Below are positions 25,331-38,010 of a DNA stretch of 64,000 bases, one piece after another. The stretch is from Eledone cirrhosa. Its lineage: Eukaryota. The first letter of the stretch is position 1, and every line of letters begins with the position of its first letter. The position numbers were made by a program, and so were the translations under genes. The notes beneath the pieces were generated by a model. The model was not told where the DNA came from. It saw only the letters and a program-made list of their open reading frames with translations, and did no database searches. The stretch is taken from positions 149,110,001 through 149,174,000 of the forward strand of contig OZ024740.1 in the NCBI GenBank assembly GCA_964016885.1, read 5' to 3'.

Positions 25331-27392
25331 TTTTGGTAGTGTTTTTATCATCGTTATACCATAATCATCATCAACATCATCATGACTTCAATATTTTTAT
25401 GTAAGTTTCTTCAATACCAGGTTGTAATCTCCTTTCTTCCGCGACTGTTTGCATCATTATCTTTTGCGAATGTGGAATTGTTTGTATACTGAATCAGTTT
25501 CGTATTGTGAATTTCTTTATTTGTTTGTTTTGTTTCTAGTGCGATTTTTGTAATGCCGACTGTGGATTTTGTAAGTGAACGAGTTGTGTTAATTCATTAG
25601 GTGCTGATTATATAGTGGTTCTTTCTACATAATATTTAACAGGAAACCTCATAGAGAACGATGCACATTTCCTCCTATAGTGGAAGGAAATATAATGGTC
25701 AGGCTTTTCTTTACTTTATTTTTTTTTTACTTTTGTTTATCTCTTCTTGGAAGAAAAAGAACCCTAAAAAATAAGAACGTATGTACAAAAATAAAAATAA
25801 AACATAAAGGAAAAAGGAGAAATGATTCATTGTCATGATAAAATCTGAATTGTACACAAAAATAATATTTTCACGATTATAAACTCACTCTGAATAGTTT
25901 GAATGTTATTCACAGCAGTAACAACATATTTACTCCTGAGAAACAAAGAAAACAGCAAAAGTGCTGTTGTAGAAAACATGATTAGTAATTATTTTGTTAG
26001 AATTTATAGCAATAAAGCGAATGGTTAAATATGTGTGGCCTAGTAGAGAAAACATTTACATGACATATGATGTGACCGAAGAAAATAACCTTAAAACTGA
26101 GGATTTTATTTAAAAGTGAGCAAGATATGTCTTGCATCTTTGCATCTCTAAAAAATATGGGGTGATATCACAAATATGAGTCAGTATAGGGCGTATAGAA
26201 CTACTTATATGCTTTTCAAAACTGGAAGGGGTGAGAAAACAGACAATGGTAGTGCGTTATACGCCTGCCCATATGATTCAAGGATACATGGGACGTCGCA
26301 ATATGAGGGTCAACGTTGACCTTTTGCTTGTCGTCCCTCTTACTGAACACTACCAGCATATAGTAAATGCCAGATTAACAAGAGATACTGTATGGTCAAA
26401 GGTGAGGTGCATGATCACCCGAAAACCATTCTGCAACTGAAGTCTGACGTGAGTGCAGAAACTGCTGGCGAAGAAAAGAAAGACAACTTAGTAGGCGTGA
26501 ATGGTAAAGCTGTAATAAACATTAGGAGGTTTTTTATCTGAAAGATCTCGAACAGAAACGAAGAACGAGAAATTAGAACAACAACTACAGCTGTTCATAG
26601 AACGCGTCAAAAAGTATTCAAAGGTAATAAAATTGTTCGAAGACATCTTCTATGAAGAAGAAGTTCTTCTCATTGTTGCGAAGGAATTCATCTCCTGTGA
26701 AGGGAAATCCATATCAGCGAGGAAGCCTCTCTCTAATGAGAAGGGATCAATTTCCTCGGAGTTCACTTCTTTGGGATAAGTCAGTTCATCCCAGAAATGA
26801 AGTACACAGCCCTTTGCATAATCAACAAAGGCCTATGCAATATGTACATGATATAGACAGGTGCATCAAAGTGGCAGTACTGCTCACGGAGGAAATAGTA
26901 TTAAGTTAACATAATATAACTGAAATTATGGATTATTGATAAAGTGAATAATGTCAATTTGATCTATGTCAAAATTCAAACAACCACTAGATATGGGCTT
27001 TAACCTACCGACTCGGACCCAAGAATTACCTCCCACACAATTTCGGGTTTTCACATATTAACATATTCATGGAACAGTGGCGAGGTTTCGACATCAGAAC
27101 TATACATCTCCTTGGCTAATGTGGCAGTATGCGTCTCACCTTTTTGAATTACTTCTAATGATCAATTATTGTGTGTTTCATTATAATCTTATTTTATATA
27201 ATTATTTATATATTGCATCAATAAATCTTTAAACTTGTCTGCAAATTTATTGTGTAACGTCATTCGCCCTCCCTTTATTTTTATATATTCGTTTGTTCCA
27301 CTGCACACGTCTTTGTAAATCCTTTCATATTTTGTATATAATAATTAGGTTTTATGAAACTCTATTCAGTTACTAAAACAATATCCTCCTTC

Positions 27393-27419
<27 letters not shown>

Positions 27420-27423
<4 letters not shown>

Positions 27424-28775
27424 ATTATTATTATTATTATTTTTATTTTCTTACATTATTGTTTCTGAGATATATGCCGAGTGTCTTCCTGACACCTAGG
27501 GCAAATAAATTCAGTGTGCATTGGTAAGCCAGTTAATACAGCACATTGATTATCATTTAAAAAAAAATATATATATATATATACATATATACACATGTGT
27601 ATATGCACATGTAAATACAAGGAGGGATATCAATCTTACAGAGATAGTGCTCTTCTCAATACGTGTGAAGTACTAGTCAAAACAATGTTTTGCACCTCGT
27701 GCAGAGAGGGTAAACCAGGAATTATTCGCAAATATTGTTCTGTTCCTTTCTTGATCATTCCCAGTCCTCCCACAATCACTGGTATTGTAATGGCCTTGAG
27801 GTGCCACATTTTCTCAATTTCAATAAGCAGATCTTTATATTTTCGTAGCTTGTCAAATTATTTTGCCGCGATATTGTGATCACATGGGATGCTCATATCT
27901 ATCAATAAACAGACCTTGTTATGTTGATCTTTTACAATAATGTCAGGTCTATTTGCTTTTAATGTCCTGTCAGTATGTACAGGAAAGTCCCAGAGAATTG
28001 TTACTTTTTCTCCTTCAGTTACAGCCTCAGGGTGATGATTGTACCACCTGTCTTCAGCTTTGATTTTGTAATGCCGACATATTACCCAGTGTAGATATTG
28101 GCCAACTCTGTCATGTTTATATTTGTATTCTACTGGTGCTAAAACTTTACATCCAGAGACTAAGTGAGCCACTGTTTCAACCTCAGCATTGCAGAATCGG
28201 CACTTTCGATTTATTCAGCTTCTCATCACATTGACCTGGTAATTACGAGTCAATAAGCGTTGATCTTGGGCAGCTAAGATGAAGCCTTCACTCTCCGCCT
28301 TTAGCCCTGAACTACGTAGCCACTGATGGGTGTGCTTTTGGTCAACATCAGCTTGTTTGCTATGAGCCACATATTTTCCATGCAGAGGTTTCTGTTCCCA
28401 ATTTCATGCTAATTTCCCTTGCCCTTTTGCTTTTGCCAGTGATTTTATGGGCCTAGCAGCATCAGTTGCAACAGTTTCTTTAGTCTGTCCAGCCTAGGTA
28501 TCAAGGATAAGATCAGTAGCATATTTTTTGCTCTCCTTCAAGGAAGAATGAAGCTTCTTACTTCTCTCATTCTTTTCAACAAGTTTCAGCATACAGTCGT
28601 TAGTTGTTTCAAGGTATTTGACCAGTCCAATGATGGTGGTCTTGTAAGCAAGTTCAAATTGGATCAGGCCATGGCCTCCTTGAGTTCTAGGAAGGTAAAG
28701 ACGATCCACATCTACTTTTGGGTGGTGCATCCTATTACATGTCAGTAGCTTACGGACTTTGGTGTCGATTCTTTT
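27420..28775 (-). mobile_element. R4/Dong-clade RLE LINE, 3' fragment (family D1)
   Basis: HPKVDVDRLYLPR, AAQDQ, CRFC..ETVAHLVSGC and WDFPVHTD..ANRPDI..IDMSIP motifs. Stop at 27636. (TAA)n/(TGA)n tract at the 3' end. Confidence 0.88.
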
Positions 28776-29860
28776 GCCGTGGCTGATGATGCGCAGACAC
28801 GCGCTCAGGCTACGACATTTCCACCTCTTCCTCGACGGTGATCAGGTGTGGTCGCCGTTTGCTAGACGCGTCTTTCCCCAGCTCGTCTCCTTGACGGAGC
28901 TGCAGTCCTGGGTCAAGCGAAGACTGAGAGGGAGCGCTTGGTGACTGGAATGTCTTCAGGCGCTCACAGCCCTCGACCTATCGTGCAATCTGATCGGTGG
29001 AAACTCACCCTTGGCGTTCTATAGAGGATTAGTGGAGGGGAAGTGCGACGACGTACTTGGGGAAACTCTAGGCGTCGACGAAAATCAACTAGCCAATCTC
29101 TTCGGAAGAACTTTCGGGCCGGGTTCTATGGACAACTTCCAGAAATCCATGACCTGGCAGTGCTACCGAGGAGCTTTGCGAGTTCGGGATAAACCCTACA
29201 GGTATGGAGGTGCCGGGCATGTCCGAGATGCGCACAAGGCGACGAAACCGTCCTGCATGCACTCGTCCAATGTCCGAGTATTGCTAACTTGTGGGTTTAT
29301 GTCGAACACCTGCTGTCGGGTGTAGAACGGATCCGACTATCAGCTGAGTCCATCATGATGATTGCCCTGCCCTCTACCTTTAGCCGGGAAGGGCAGGCAG
29401 TTTGTATCTGTATGGTGGACGCGTCTGAAAGGGCTGAAGACGAGCACTTACCTCTTCGGTGATGCCCTGGTTAACTTTTTCAAATTTCATTTGAAAAAGA
29501 AAATCAGGGTAGAGAGGTAAGTGCTCTCTTCCCAGCTTTTTGTTGAAAGATGGGTGAGAGAGGCAAGAATAGCCCGAGTGACTGGACCTAGTCTGAGTAT
29601 ATGCCTGTAAATTGATGTGGAAAACGGTGAGAGGACACTTGCCGTGGTGGTCAGGGTCCCGTGGCTTTTTTTTAATGGGCTTTCTCCAAGATGGCCCTCG
29701 GAAGTCTCCCCCCTATTGGGAAATTTGTTATTGTTCTTTTCATTACATCCTCTGTTTTTTGTTTTTTTACACGCAGAAATGCCCATTTGTACCGTCCTGT
29801 ATTGTCCTGTACTGTCCTTAATGTCTACTTTGTGTATGCCCTTGTGGTTAACAAAGAAAG

Positions 29861-29893
<33 letters not shown>

Positions 29894-29918
29894 TAAGATT
29901 ATTATTATTATTATTATT
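28776..29918 (+). mobile_element. L1/Tx1 LINE, 5'-truncated 3' fragment
   Basis: PWLMMRRHALRLRH and downstream sequence homologous to 49335-50485. (TTA)n tail. Confidence 0.9.
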
Positions 29919-32470
29919 ACAGTTGCATTTATCTTGCTTTATGTTCATACGAGTTATCACCAAGTCACAACCAGTGACCTCAAGAGACAACAAGGTACGC
30001 CATGTTCAAGAAAGAACATACATACACACACAGGCATCTTTAGGTGTTTAGACTTGTGAAGTACTTATATTGACAGAATCTTCCTTAGTATATGGGCAGT
30101 TCTCATTAGTACTATCTTTTGTATTTCTCCTATACGCGGGTTTCCTGGGATTTGCGATAAGTAATCATTAGACCGCTTAAGTATCATTCCTAGAGCGCCT
30201 ACAACCACTGGTATTGTTTTAGTTCTCAATTTCCATATTTTTACAATTTCTATCTCCAGTCCTTATACTTGCTCAATTTTTCAAATGTTTATATAGATAC
30301 ATTCTTGTCTATTGGACCGGACATATCAATTAGCAGGCATACCCTCTTTTTAAAGTCCTTCAGTATTATATCAGGTCTATTTGCATCTATTTTTCGGTCT
30401 GTTTGGATGCTAAAATTCCACTAGATTGAGATGTGATCTTTTTCAAGTATGGGAGGTGGTTGATGATCCCACCAATTCTTTTGATGGGGCAGGTCAAAAT
30501 GCTTACACATTATCCAATGTATGTATTGTGCAGCTCTGTCATGCCTGTTTAGGTATTCGGTTGGAGCTATAGGACTGCACATTGAAATTATATGGTCAAT
30601 GGTCTCTGGTTGTTTTTTACATACACGTCATAATGGGTTGCATCCATTTTTTATTATGTTGACTTGGTAATTTTTTGTTGGCAGACACTGATCTTGTGCT
30701 GATATAATCAGTCCTTCAGTCTCCTATTTCATTTGTTAACATCAGGATTGTTAGCTCTTTCCATACATAGGCTTTCTTGTCATTTCTTAGCCAGTTTCTG
30801 TAGCAGTTCTTTCTTTGCAGTTACTTTTACCTGCTTTGCTTTTTCTGTGTTTTCCATTTCAGCAGTAAATGAGACTTCTGAAATGTGTAGTCCATTACTG
30901 TATCATTCGTGTTTCAAAACGAGTTTGATCATCCAATCATGTGATTCCCTTAGATATGTAGATAATCCAATTGTTGCAATTTTCAACGTAATATCTAACT
31001 GGATTAACCCACATCCTCCTTCTTTCCTAGGGAGATATATTCTATCTCGATCTGCCTTAGGGTGATGCATTCTGTGCTTGGTTAAGAATTTTCGAATTTT
31101 TGTATCGAGCCTACGGATCTCTGTGCTTCACCAGTTGATGACATTGTAACTATAGGTTACTACTGGTATGGCAAGCCTGTTTATGGCATCGATCCTATTC
31201 CTTGCATTCAATTCCGTTCTTAAGATTGCTCTTACTCTGCGTTAACATTCCTTCCTTATCCTTTCCCTCATTGTCGAGTGCTTGATTCCGTCTCCTTCAC
31301 AAACACCTAGGTATTTGTAAGTTTCCTCTTAATCAAGTTCACTTATCACATTCCCCCGATCAAGATTAATGTCTTAACTTTTCAGCAGCTTTCCTCTGGT
31401 GAACGTTGCTTTGGCGCATTTATCTAGTCCAAACTCCATTTTAATGTGATTACTGAACTGCTCCACAGTGGATAATAGCCCTTGCAATTGTTCATCATTT
31501 TTTGCAAATAGTTTCAGGTCATCCATGTAGAACAAGGGATTAATGGTTTTGTCATAGACTTTATATCCATGTTTTGTTTATTTGAGCATTTTACTTAATG
31601 GTGTAAGTGCGATGCAGAATAAGGGCGGTGATAAAGAGTCACCCTGAAAAATTCCACAATTAATATTAACTTCTCCAGCTTCCAGTGATTATTTTTCACT
31701 ATACAAAAGGAGTGTCGTTTTCCCTGTCTTCATACTGAATCACAGGAACCTCCTGACCACGGGAGATATTTTGAAAATCTCTAAACATTTTTCAATCGAA
31801 CTGTGTTGCAAACTATCAAGTTATCGGTCTGTAATTTTTGGGATTGTTTGTCTCATCATTCTTCGGAAGCAGGAATGTAATGCCGTTAACTAGCCATGAT
31901 GGTATCTTTTCTGGCTCCTTAACTATTTCATTGTAAATTTGAGCTAACAGCTCATGAGACTCTGTGAAGGCATTTATCCAAATATTTTGTATTTTGTCTT
32001 CCTCGGGATTTCCATTTGCTGGTTTTTCTAAGAGCCAAACGCAACTGTTCAACTGTTATATTTCCCATATGTGTTCCTCAAGGTGAGATGTATCTTTCAT
32101 TTGTCTGTCTATCCATGGGGTATGTATATTATGAACTTTTTCTTCGGCCCAGATCTTTTCCCAGAATTCTTGCACTTCCTCCTTGGGTGGTATTGATTTA
32201 GCAGTTATCGTTGACTTGCCAATTTTTCTGTAGAAGTTTCTTTGGTTATTTTTGAACATATTATTGTCCTTATAGAATCTAGATCGTTTTTCAAAGCGCC
32301 TTATACGAGCAGCTTTGACCGACACTTTCCGCTTGATTATTTCTATCACTATGTCTATGTCAATTGTTGATTTTATACTGTATTTCCTTTTCAATTTTCT
32401 AAGTTTAGTTTGTTTAACATGTTCACCTACATTGTAGTTTGTTAAAATTTCTATTTCAGATCGGAGAAAG
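29919..32470 (-). mobile_element. R4/Dong-clade LINE family D2, truncated and deleted copy
   Basis: Homologous to 38010-40808. [21 protein letters not shown] and RLE motifs with stops. Flanked by (TTA)n. Confidence 0.9.
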
Positions 32471-32517
<47 letters not shown>

Positions 32518-35500
32518 GGCGACCTACGTAGTAAATCGTATCATCGTGAGCTCCGCAAAGGTTTGTTATTTTCAGTTATTTAAAATTGCCATTTATGGAA
32601 AATTTTTATTGTTAACTGTATATAAGTGCACATACATTGATTTCTGAAAAGGACACTCAAAAATATTGGGGCTTTGAGCCCAAATATCACACAAAAATTT
32701 TTCTTTCACAAATCATCGATGACTCAGGGTCACTCCTTCCTCACAAACTAACACCTCACACCGACACCACCATTGTAAATATTGCTACGTTTGCCAACAC
32801 TGGAAATGTAAGCAGTAGCAATATTTTAATTTGTCTCAGGCAGATGTTCATTTCCCGCCATTACCAATGACTGCAGGTGTTAAAGCCGCCACCACCACCA
32901 CCACCACAGCAACAACAGAAACAAAAGAAAAAAATAAATTAACTCGTGATATCGAAATGAATTCAACCAAAATGAACTCTTCCACACCGAACACCACTGA
33001 CGCCACCACCAACACAACTGAAACTAAAATTAACAATAACAAAAATAACGCCAATAACAACAGCAACAATGGAATTAAGAAAACTACCCTGAGTTTTGCC
33101 AGAGTAGCAAAAACGTGCGAAGCGATCCAGGTAACTCAGGAGAAATTAGAAGAAGCCAAAGGAATGGTAAAGAAAGATGGGTACATCGTCTGCCCCCCCC
33201 CCCACACACACACACACCTAATAAAATGGAGCATCGTCGCCTATGCACCGTGCCTTATCGGACAATTAACATAAAATCGCACCGAGAGGAACGGGCATCC
33301 GAGTCCCAAATCCAAAAATCTGTGGGCAAAAAAACCCCACATCAGACGTGGGCAGAAATATGGAACCGTGGACGTAACACCACAAGAGGCCAGAGAACAC
33401 TCCATGGCCCCATTAAGAAGTGACGACTTCACACTCGTCCCAAGCTATTGTGGCCAGAGACTTGTAAAGATCAGGGTGACCCACGTTCCACCGGCCATCG
33501 AAATTCGCTGGATAATGGCTGCCGTCCTCGCCGGCATCGAAGCCAACACCAAGATAATAGAAATAGCGAAAGAAAAGCAGGAGAACTGGTCCGGATCTGG
33601 GACGGAGCTCCTGATCCAAGCGGACCATAAAAGCATTGAGGAGATCCCAGAGGTAATAGACCTCACTGACGGCAGCCATCTCACCGTAATCGTCGAGGGC
33701 AGAAGGCCTAGGTGTGTCGTTTGTGGTGAAGGAACCCACCTAAGGGCTTTCTGCCCTCAGGCTAAAAGGTTGATGCCACCTCTCTTACCCACCCCAGTGA
33801 CTCAACCATCAACACCACTAGCAGCAGAAATGGCAGCAACAACTGTAGCAGAAACAACAGAAGCAACTGTAACAGCAACAACCCCAGCAACAGTAGCAAA
33901 ACCAACACCACCACCACCACCACCCAACGCGCCAGAACTAGCACCAGCGCCTACAACATCCACCACGCCACAACCAAAACCAACGCCTGTGGAGGATTTT
34001 CTACTCCCCGGCTTATCGCAACTGGAGACAGATTGTGACGACGAGGAGTGGGAAACGGTATCAGGAAAAAGAAAAAAAAAAGAAACCAAAAAAGAAAGAA
34101 ATCTCTTCCTTCCTCCTCCAAAAACAAAATACAGAGGGAAACAAATAAATTATAAAACAAAAAAGTTAGGACAGATATGCCACCATCCACACCAGTATCA
34201 CCAACCCCATCACCACAAACACCAACACCATCACCATCATTAACCCCAACACCACCATCACCAACACCACAAAAGTCACCAAAAAGCGTAACAGAAACAA
34301 ACCCACAACAAACGCAAACAAAACAAAACAACCAAAACGATACACACTACACAGCATTAAATTTGAACAACAACCAATTAATACACTACATGCAACACAA
34401 CACCAGCATCACAGAAAAAGACTATACAACAACCCAAAAGTTCACACCACCTCCACACATACAAATCACTCGCATCACACAGAAAACGTACACGACACTA
34501 AAACAGAAATTCCCCAAAGACATCTGAGACTTCCGACAAACACTCTCCAGGAGGATTTATAAGGAAATCCTTCCGGAGGAGGCCACAAGCAGGGAAAGGG
34601 ATGGACAAACCATCCTTCCTCTACGAGAAGTAAGGTAAGTCTTTCCCATATTTTCCACTCCATTTCAACATGACCTCACTCAGAATAGGCAGCATAAATG
34701 CGCGTGGCTTGGGGTCGTCATGGAGTCAGGGCCACCTGCACAACGACCTCAGGTCACTAAACATAGATGTAGTGGCCATCAGCGAGACCAGAATCTCCGA
34801 AGCACGGGCCTTCGCAGCGATCTTCGGCGGCTACGATGTGTACGCATCTCCCAGCCGTCCGGGATCGGGGGGGGGGACTTGCTGTGCTTTTTCGGAGAGG
34901 TTTGGATCTCGCCATACGGGCCATCTTCCTGGACCCAGGAGGTAAGTTGGTGGTGCTAGACCTGACCAACGGAGACGGGAAAGCTTTCAGGCTAGTGGCT
35001 GTCTATGCCGCGACAGGAGCAGGGCGGCCTGATATCTTCCGGCGTCTGGAAACCTTTCTTGGAACGTCCCGCTCGTTAGTGTTAGTGGGCGACTGGAACG
35101 GGATCTTAGATGCACGCTGGGATTGTGTGGGATTAGCGGATAGGGAAGGAGGGTGCAAGAGCCTCACCAACCTGCTCAGGCGTTTTGAACTGTCTGACAG
35201 GTACCGATTGGATTTCCCGAATGTGCCAATGTGGACTTCGACAAATCGCATAGGGTCATCCAGATCATATCTAGATAGAGTATTTTGTAGAGAAATAGAT
35301 AGGTCTAGCATAGGCTGTCCACAATTCTAGATAGTCAGCTACACGGACCACAAATTCGTGATCTGTATGCTTGATTAGATAAGATTCATAGACGAGGATC
35401 CGGCTACTGGAAGCTAAACGCGTCCTTACCATCGCGCAAGGCCTACAGAGACCGGATTAGCGAACTAGTTAAGCGGGCGTTGACGCGGGCCATCATCAAC

Positions 35501-37976
35501 AACAAGTGGTGGTTTGCTCTGAAAAGAGCAATTAGAATAGAGTCCATTGGGTTTAGTAAGGCTTTAGCAATAGAGAAAAATAGAGCAGAGGGAGAATTAG
35601 TTATAAATTTAGACGAGGCGCTTAGCAAAGGCATCGCGACCGACGTACTTGCGGCGAAATTGGCCCTTGACCAATTCTTCAATGCAAAGCACGAAGGCTG
35701 CGTTGTCAGAGCTAGGGCGCGTGCTCTCAGACACGAGGGGACGATAGCCGTTCAATGGGCCCGATGGCGGAGGCGCGTCGTGGCAACAAAGCCACGATCC
35801 GGTCTTTGGTGGACCACGACGGGCGCATGCTACTCGATCCCGGGCAAATGTGTGCAGCTTTTCAGCGACACTTCGCCCCGTTGTTCGGGGGCAACGGCGG
35901 GCCGGATCGAGGGATGGACTTTAGTGTCTACCTCGACGGACTGCCGCGGCTCTCGGCCACTGAGGCGCAGTGTTGCGAAAAGCCGATAACAGCCGCTGAA
36001 GTACGGGAGGAAATGACTAGCTGCTCAAGGGGTAAATCGCCTGGTTTGGATGGTCTGCCCTATGAACTTTACGTACAGATGCCAGATTGTTCGGAGGCCT
36101 CTTGGCGGACGTCTACTGCAACTGGCAACAGAACGGGAGAATTCCCAGCTCTGTGAGCCGAGGAGCTGTGGCGCTGCTGAGAAAGGATCCGAACAAGGGG
36201 GATAACATAGATAATTTTAGGCCCATAACTCTGCTAAATACAGAGTTCAAGATTTTGACCAAGGTGCTAGCAAAGAGGTTGGCGCTTGTCGTTGGTGGTC
36301 TGGTTGGAGAGGCGCAGACATGCGCCATTCCCGACAGATCCATCCACGACAACCTCCACCTCATGCGATACATCTTAGAGAGGGTAGCTAGGGAACCTGG
36401 CACGGGTGGGTCCTTGATCAATTTAGATCAGTCGAAAGCCTTCGATAGGGTCGACCATCGTTATCTGGCAGCAGTCCTGAGGGCGGCTGGCTTTGGGCCC
36501 GTCCTCAGAGGCTGGATCGCTGCCATGCACAGCGCCATCTGCTCTGTGGTGAGAGTGAACGGTCACCTTTCGGAACCGTTCAACATCATGCGCTCGGTCC
36601 GCCAAGGATGTCCCCTCTCGTCCCTCTTGTACGTATTGACTCTCGAGCCATTACTGCACAAACTGGAGACGTTGAGGGGGTCCCACGCGAACTAGGATGC
36701 GGAAGATCCGTGTCAGCATATGCGGACGATGTCACCGTAGTTGTGTTGAACGCCAAACACATCGAGGCGATCGGCACTACACTAAGAGAATACGAAGCGG
36801 TGACAGGAGCAATGACAAACCAGGAAAAGTCAGTGGGCCTGCAGCCTCGGCACATGGAGAGGCAGCCCCATGCCGTCCAACAGCGTCGTCGGGCGCTGGA
36901 CGGACGGACCGGTTAAATTGCTCGGGGGTCTGGTTCGGTCCGGATCTCCAGATGGACAAAAACTGGGACGAGGTGACGAGCAGGGTGGCTTCTCTCACCC
37001 AGAAATGGGCCGAGAGGAAGCTATCCCTGAAAGGTCGAGCGGAGGTAGCTAACGCATATATCGCGTCGGTCATCTACTACCGCCTGACCGTCGTACCTTG
37101 TCTTAAGCCCCGCCTGACAGCGTTGGAGCGTTTGCTCTTTCGCTTTTTGTGGAAGGGACGCGCTCCGATGGTCAGGCGGTCCATCTGCTGTCAACACCCG
37201 CTACGTGGAGGGCTGGGAATGTCGTGGCTGATGATGCACAGACACGCGCTCAGGCTACGACATCTCCACCTCTTCCTCGACGGTGATCAGGTGTGGTCTC
37301 CGTTTGCTAGACGCGTCTTTCCCCAGCTAGTCTCCTTGACGGAGCTGCAGTCCTGGGTCAAGCGAAGACCGAGAGGGAGCGCTTGGAGACTGGAATGTCT
37401 TCAGGCGCTGACAGCCCTCGACCAATCGGGCAATGTGATCGGTGGAAACTCCACCTTGGCGTTCTATAGAGGATTAGTGGAGGGGAAGAGCGACGACGTA
37501 CTTGGGGAAACTCTAGGCGAAAGAGATAGTATGGTGGATACGTTTGAAAGGGCTGAAGACGAGCCCTTACCTCTTCGGTGATGCCCTGATTAACTTTTTC
37601 AAATTTCATTTAAAAAGGAAATCAGGGTAGAAAGGGAAGTGCTCTCTTCCCAGCATTTTGTTGAAAGATGGGTGAGAGAAGCAAGTATGGCCCGAATGAA
37701 TGGGCCTACTCTGAGTATGTGTCTGTAAATTAAAGTTTGAAAACTGGGAGAGGCACTTGCACTGGTGGTCAGGGTCACTGTGGCTTTTTAATGGGCTTTC
37801 TCCACGAATGTCCCTCGGAAGTCTCCCCCCTATTGGGGAATTTTTTCATTGTTCTATTATTACATCCTCTGTTTCTTGTTTTTTTACACGCAGAAATGCC
37901 CATTTGTACCGCGCTGTATTGTCCTGTACTGTCCTTAATATCTACTTTATGTAAACCCTTGTGGTTAATAAAGAAA

Positions 37977-38008
<32 letters not shown>
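32518..38008 (+). mobile_element. L1/Tx1 LINE, near full-length degenerate copy
   Basis: 5' GGCGACCTACGTAG start after (TTA)n. ORF1 with CX2CX4HX4C knuckle. ORF2 from ATG 34670 (APE: SINARGL, SET, GDWN, YLDR, TDH; then RT). Deletion near 37520. (TTA)n tail. Confidence 0.93.
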
Positions 38009-38009
<1 letters not shown>

Positions 38010-38010
<1 letters not shown>

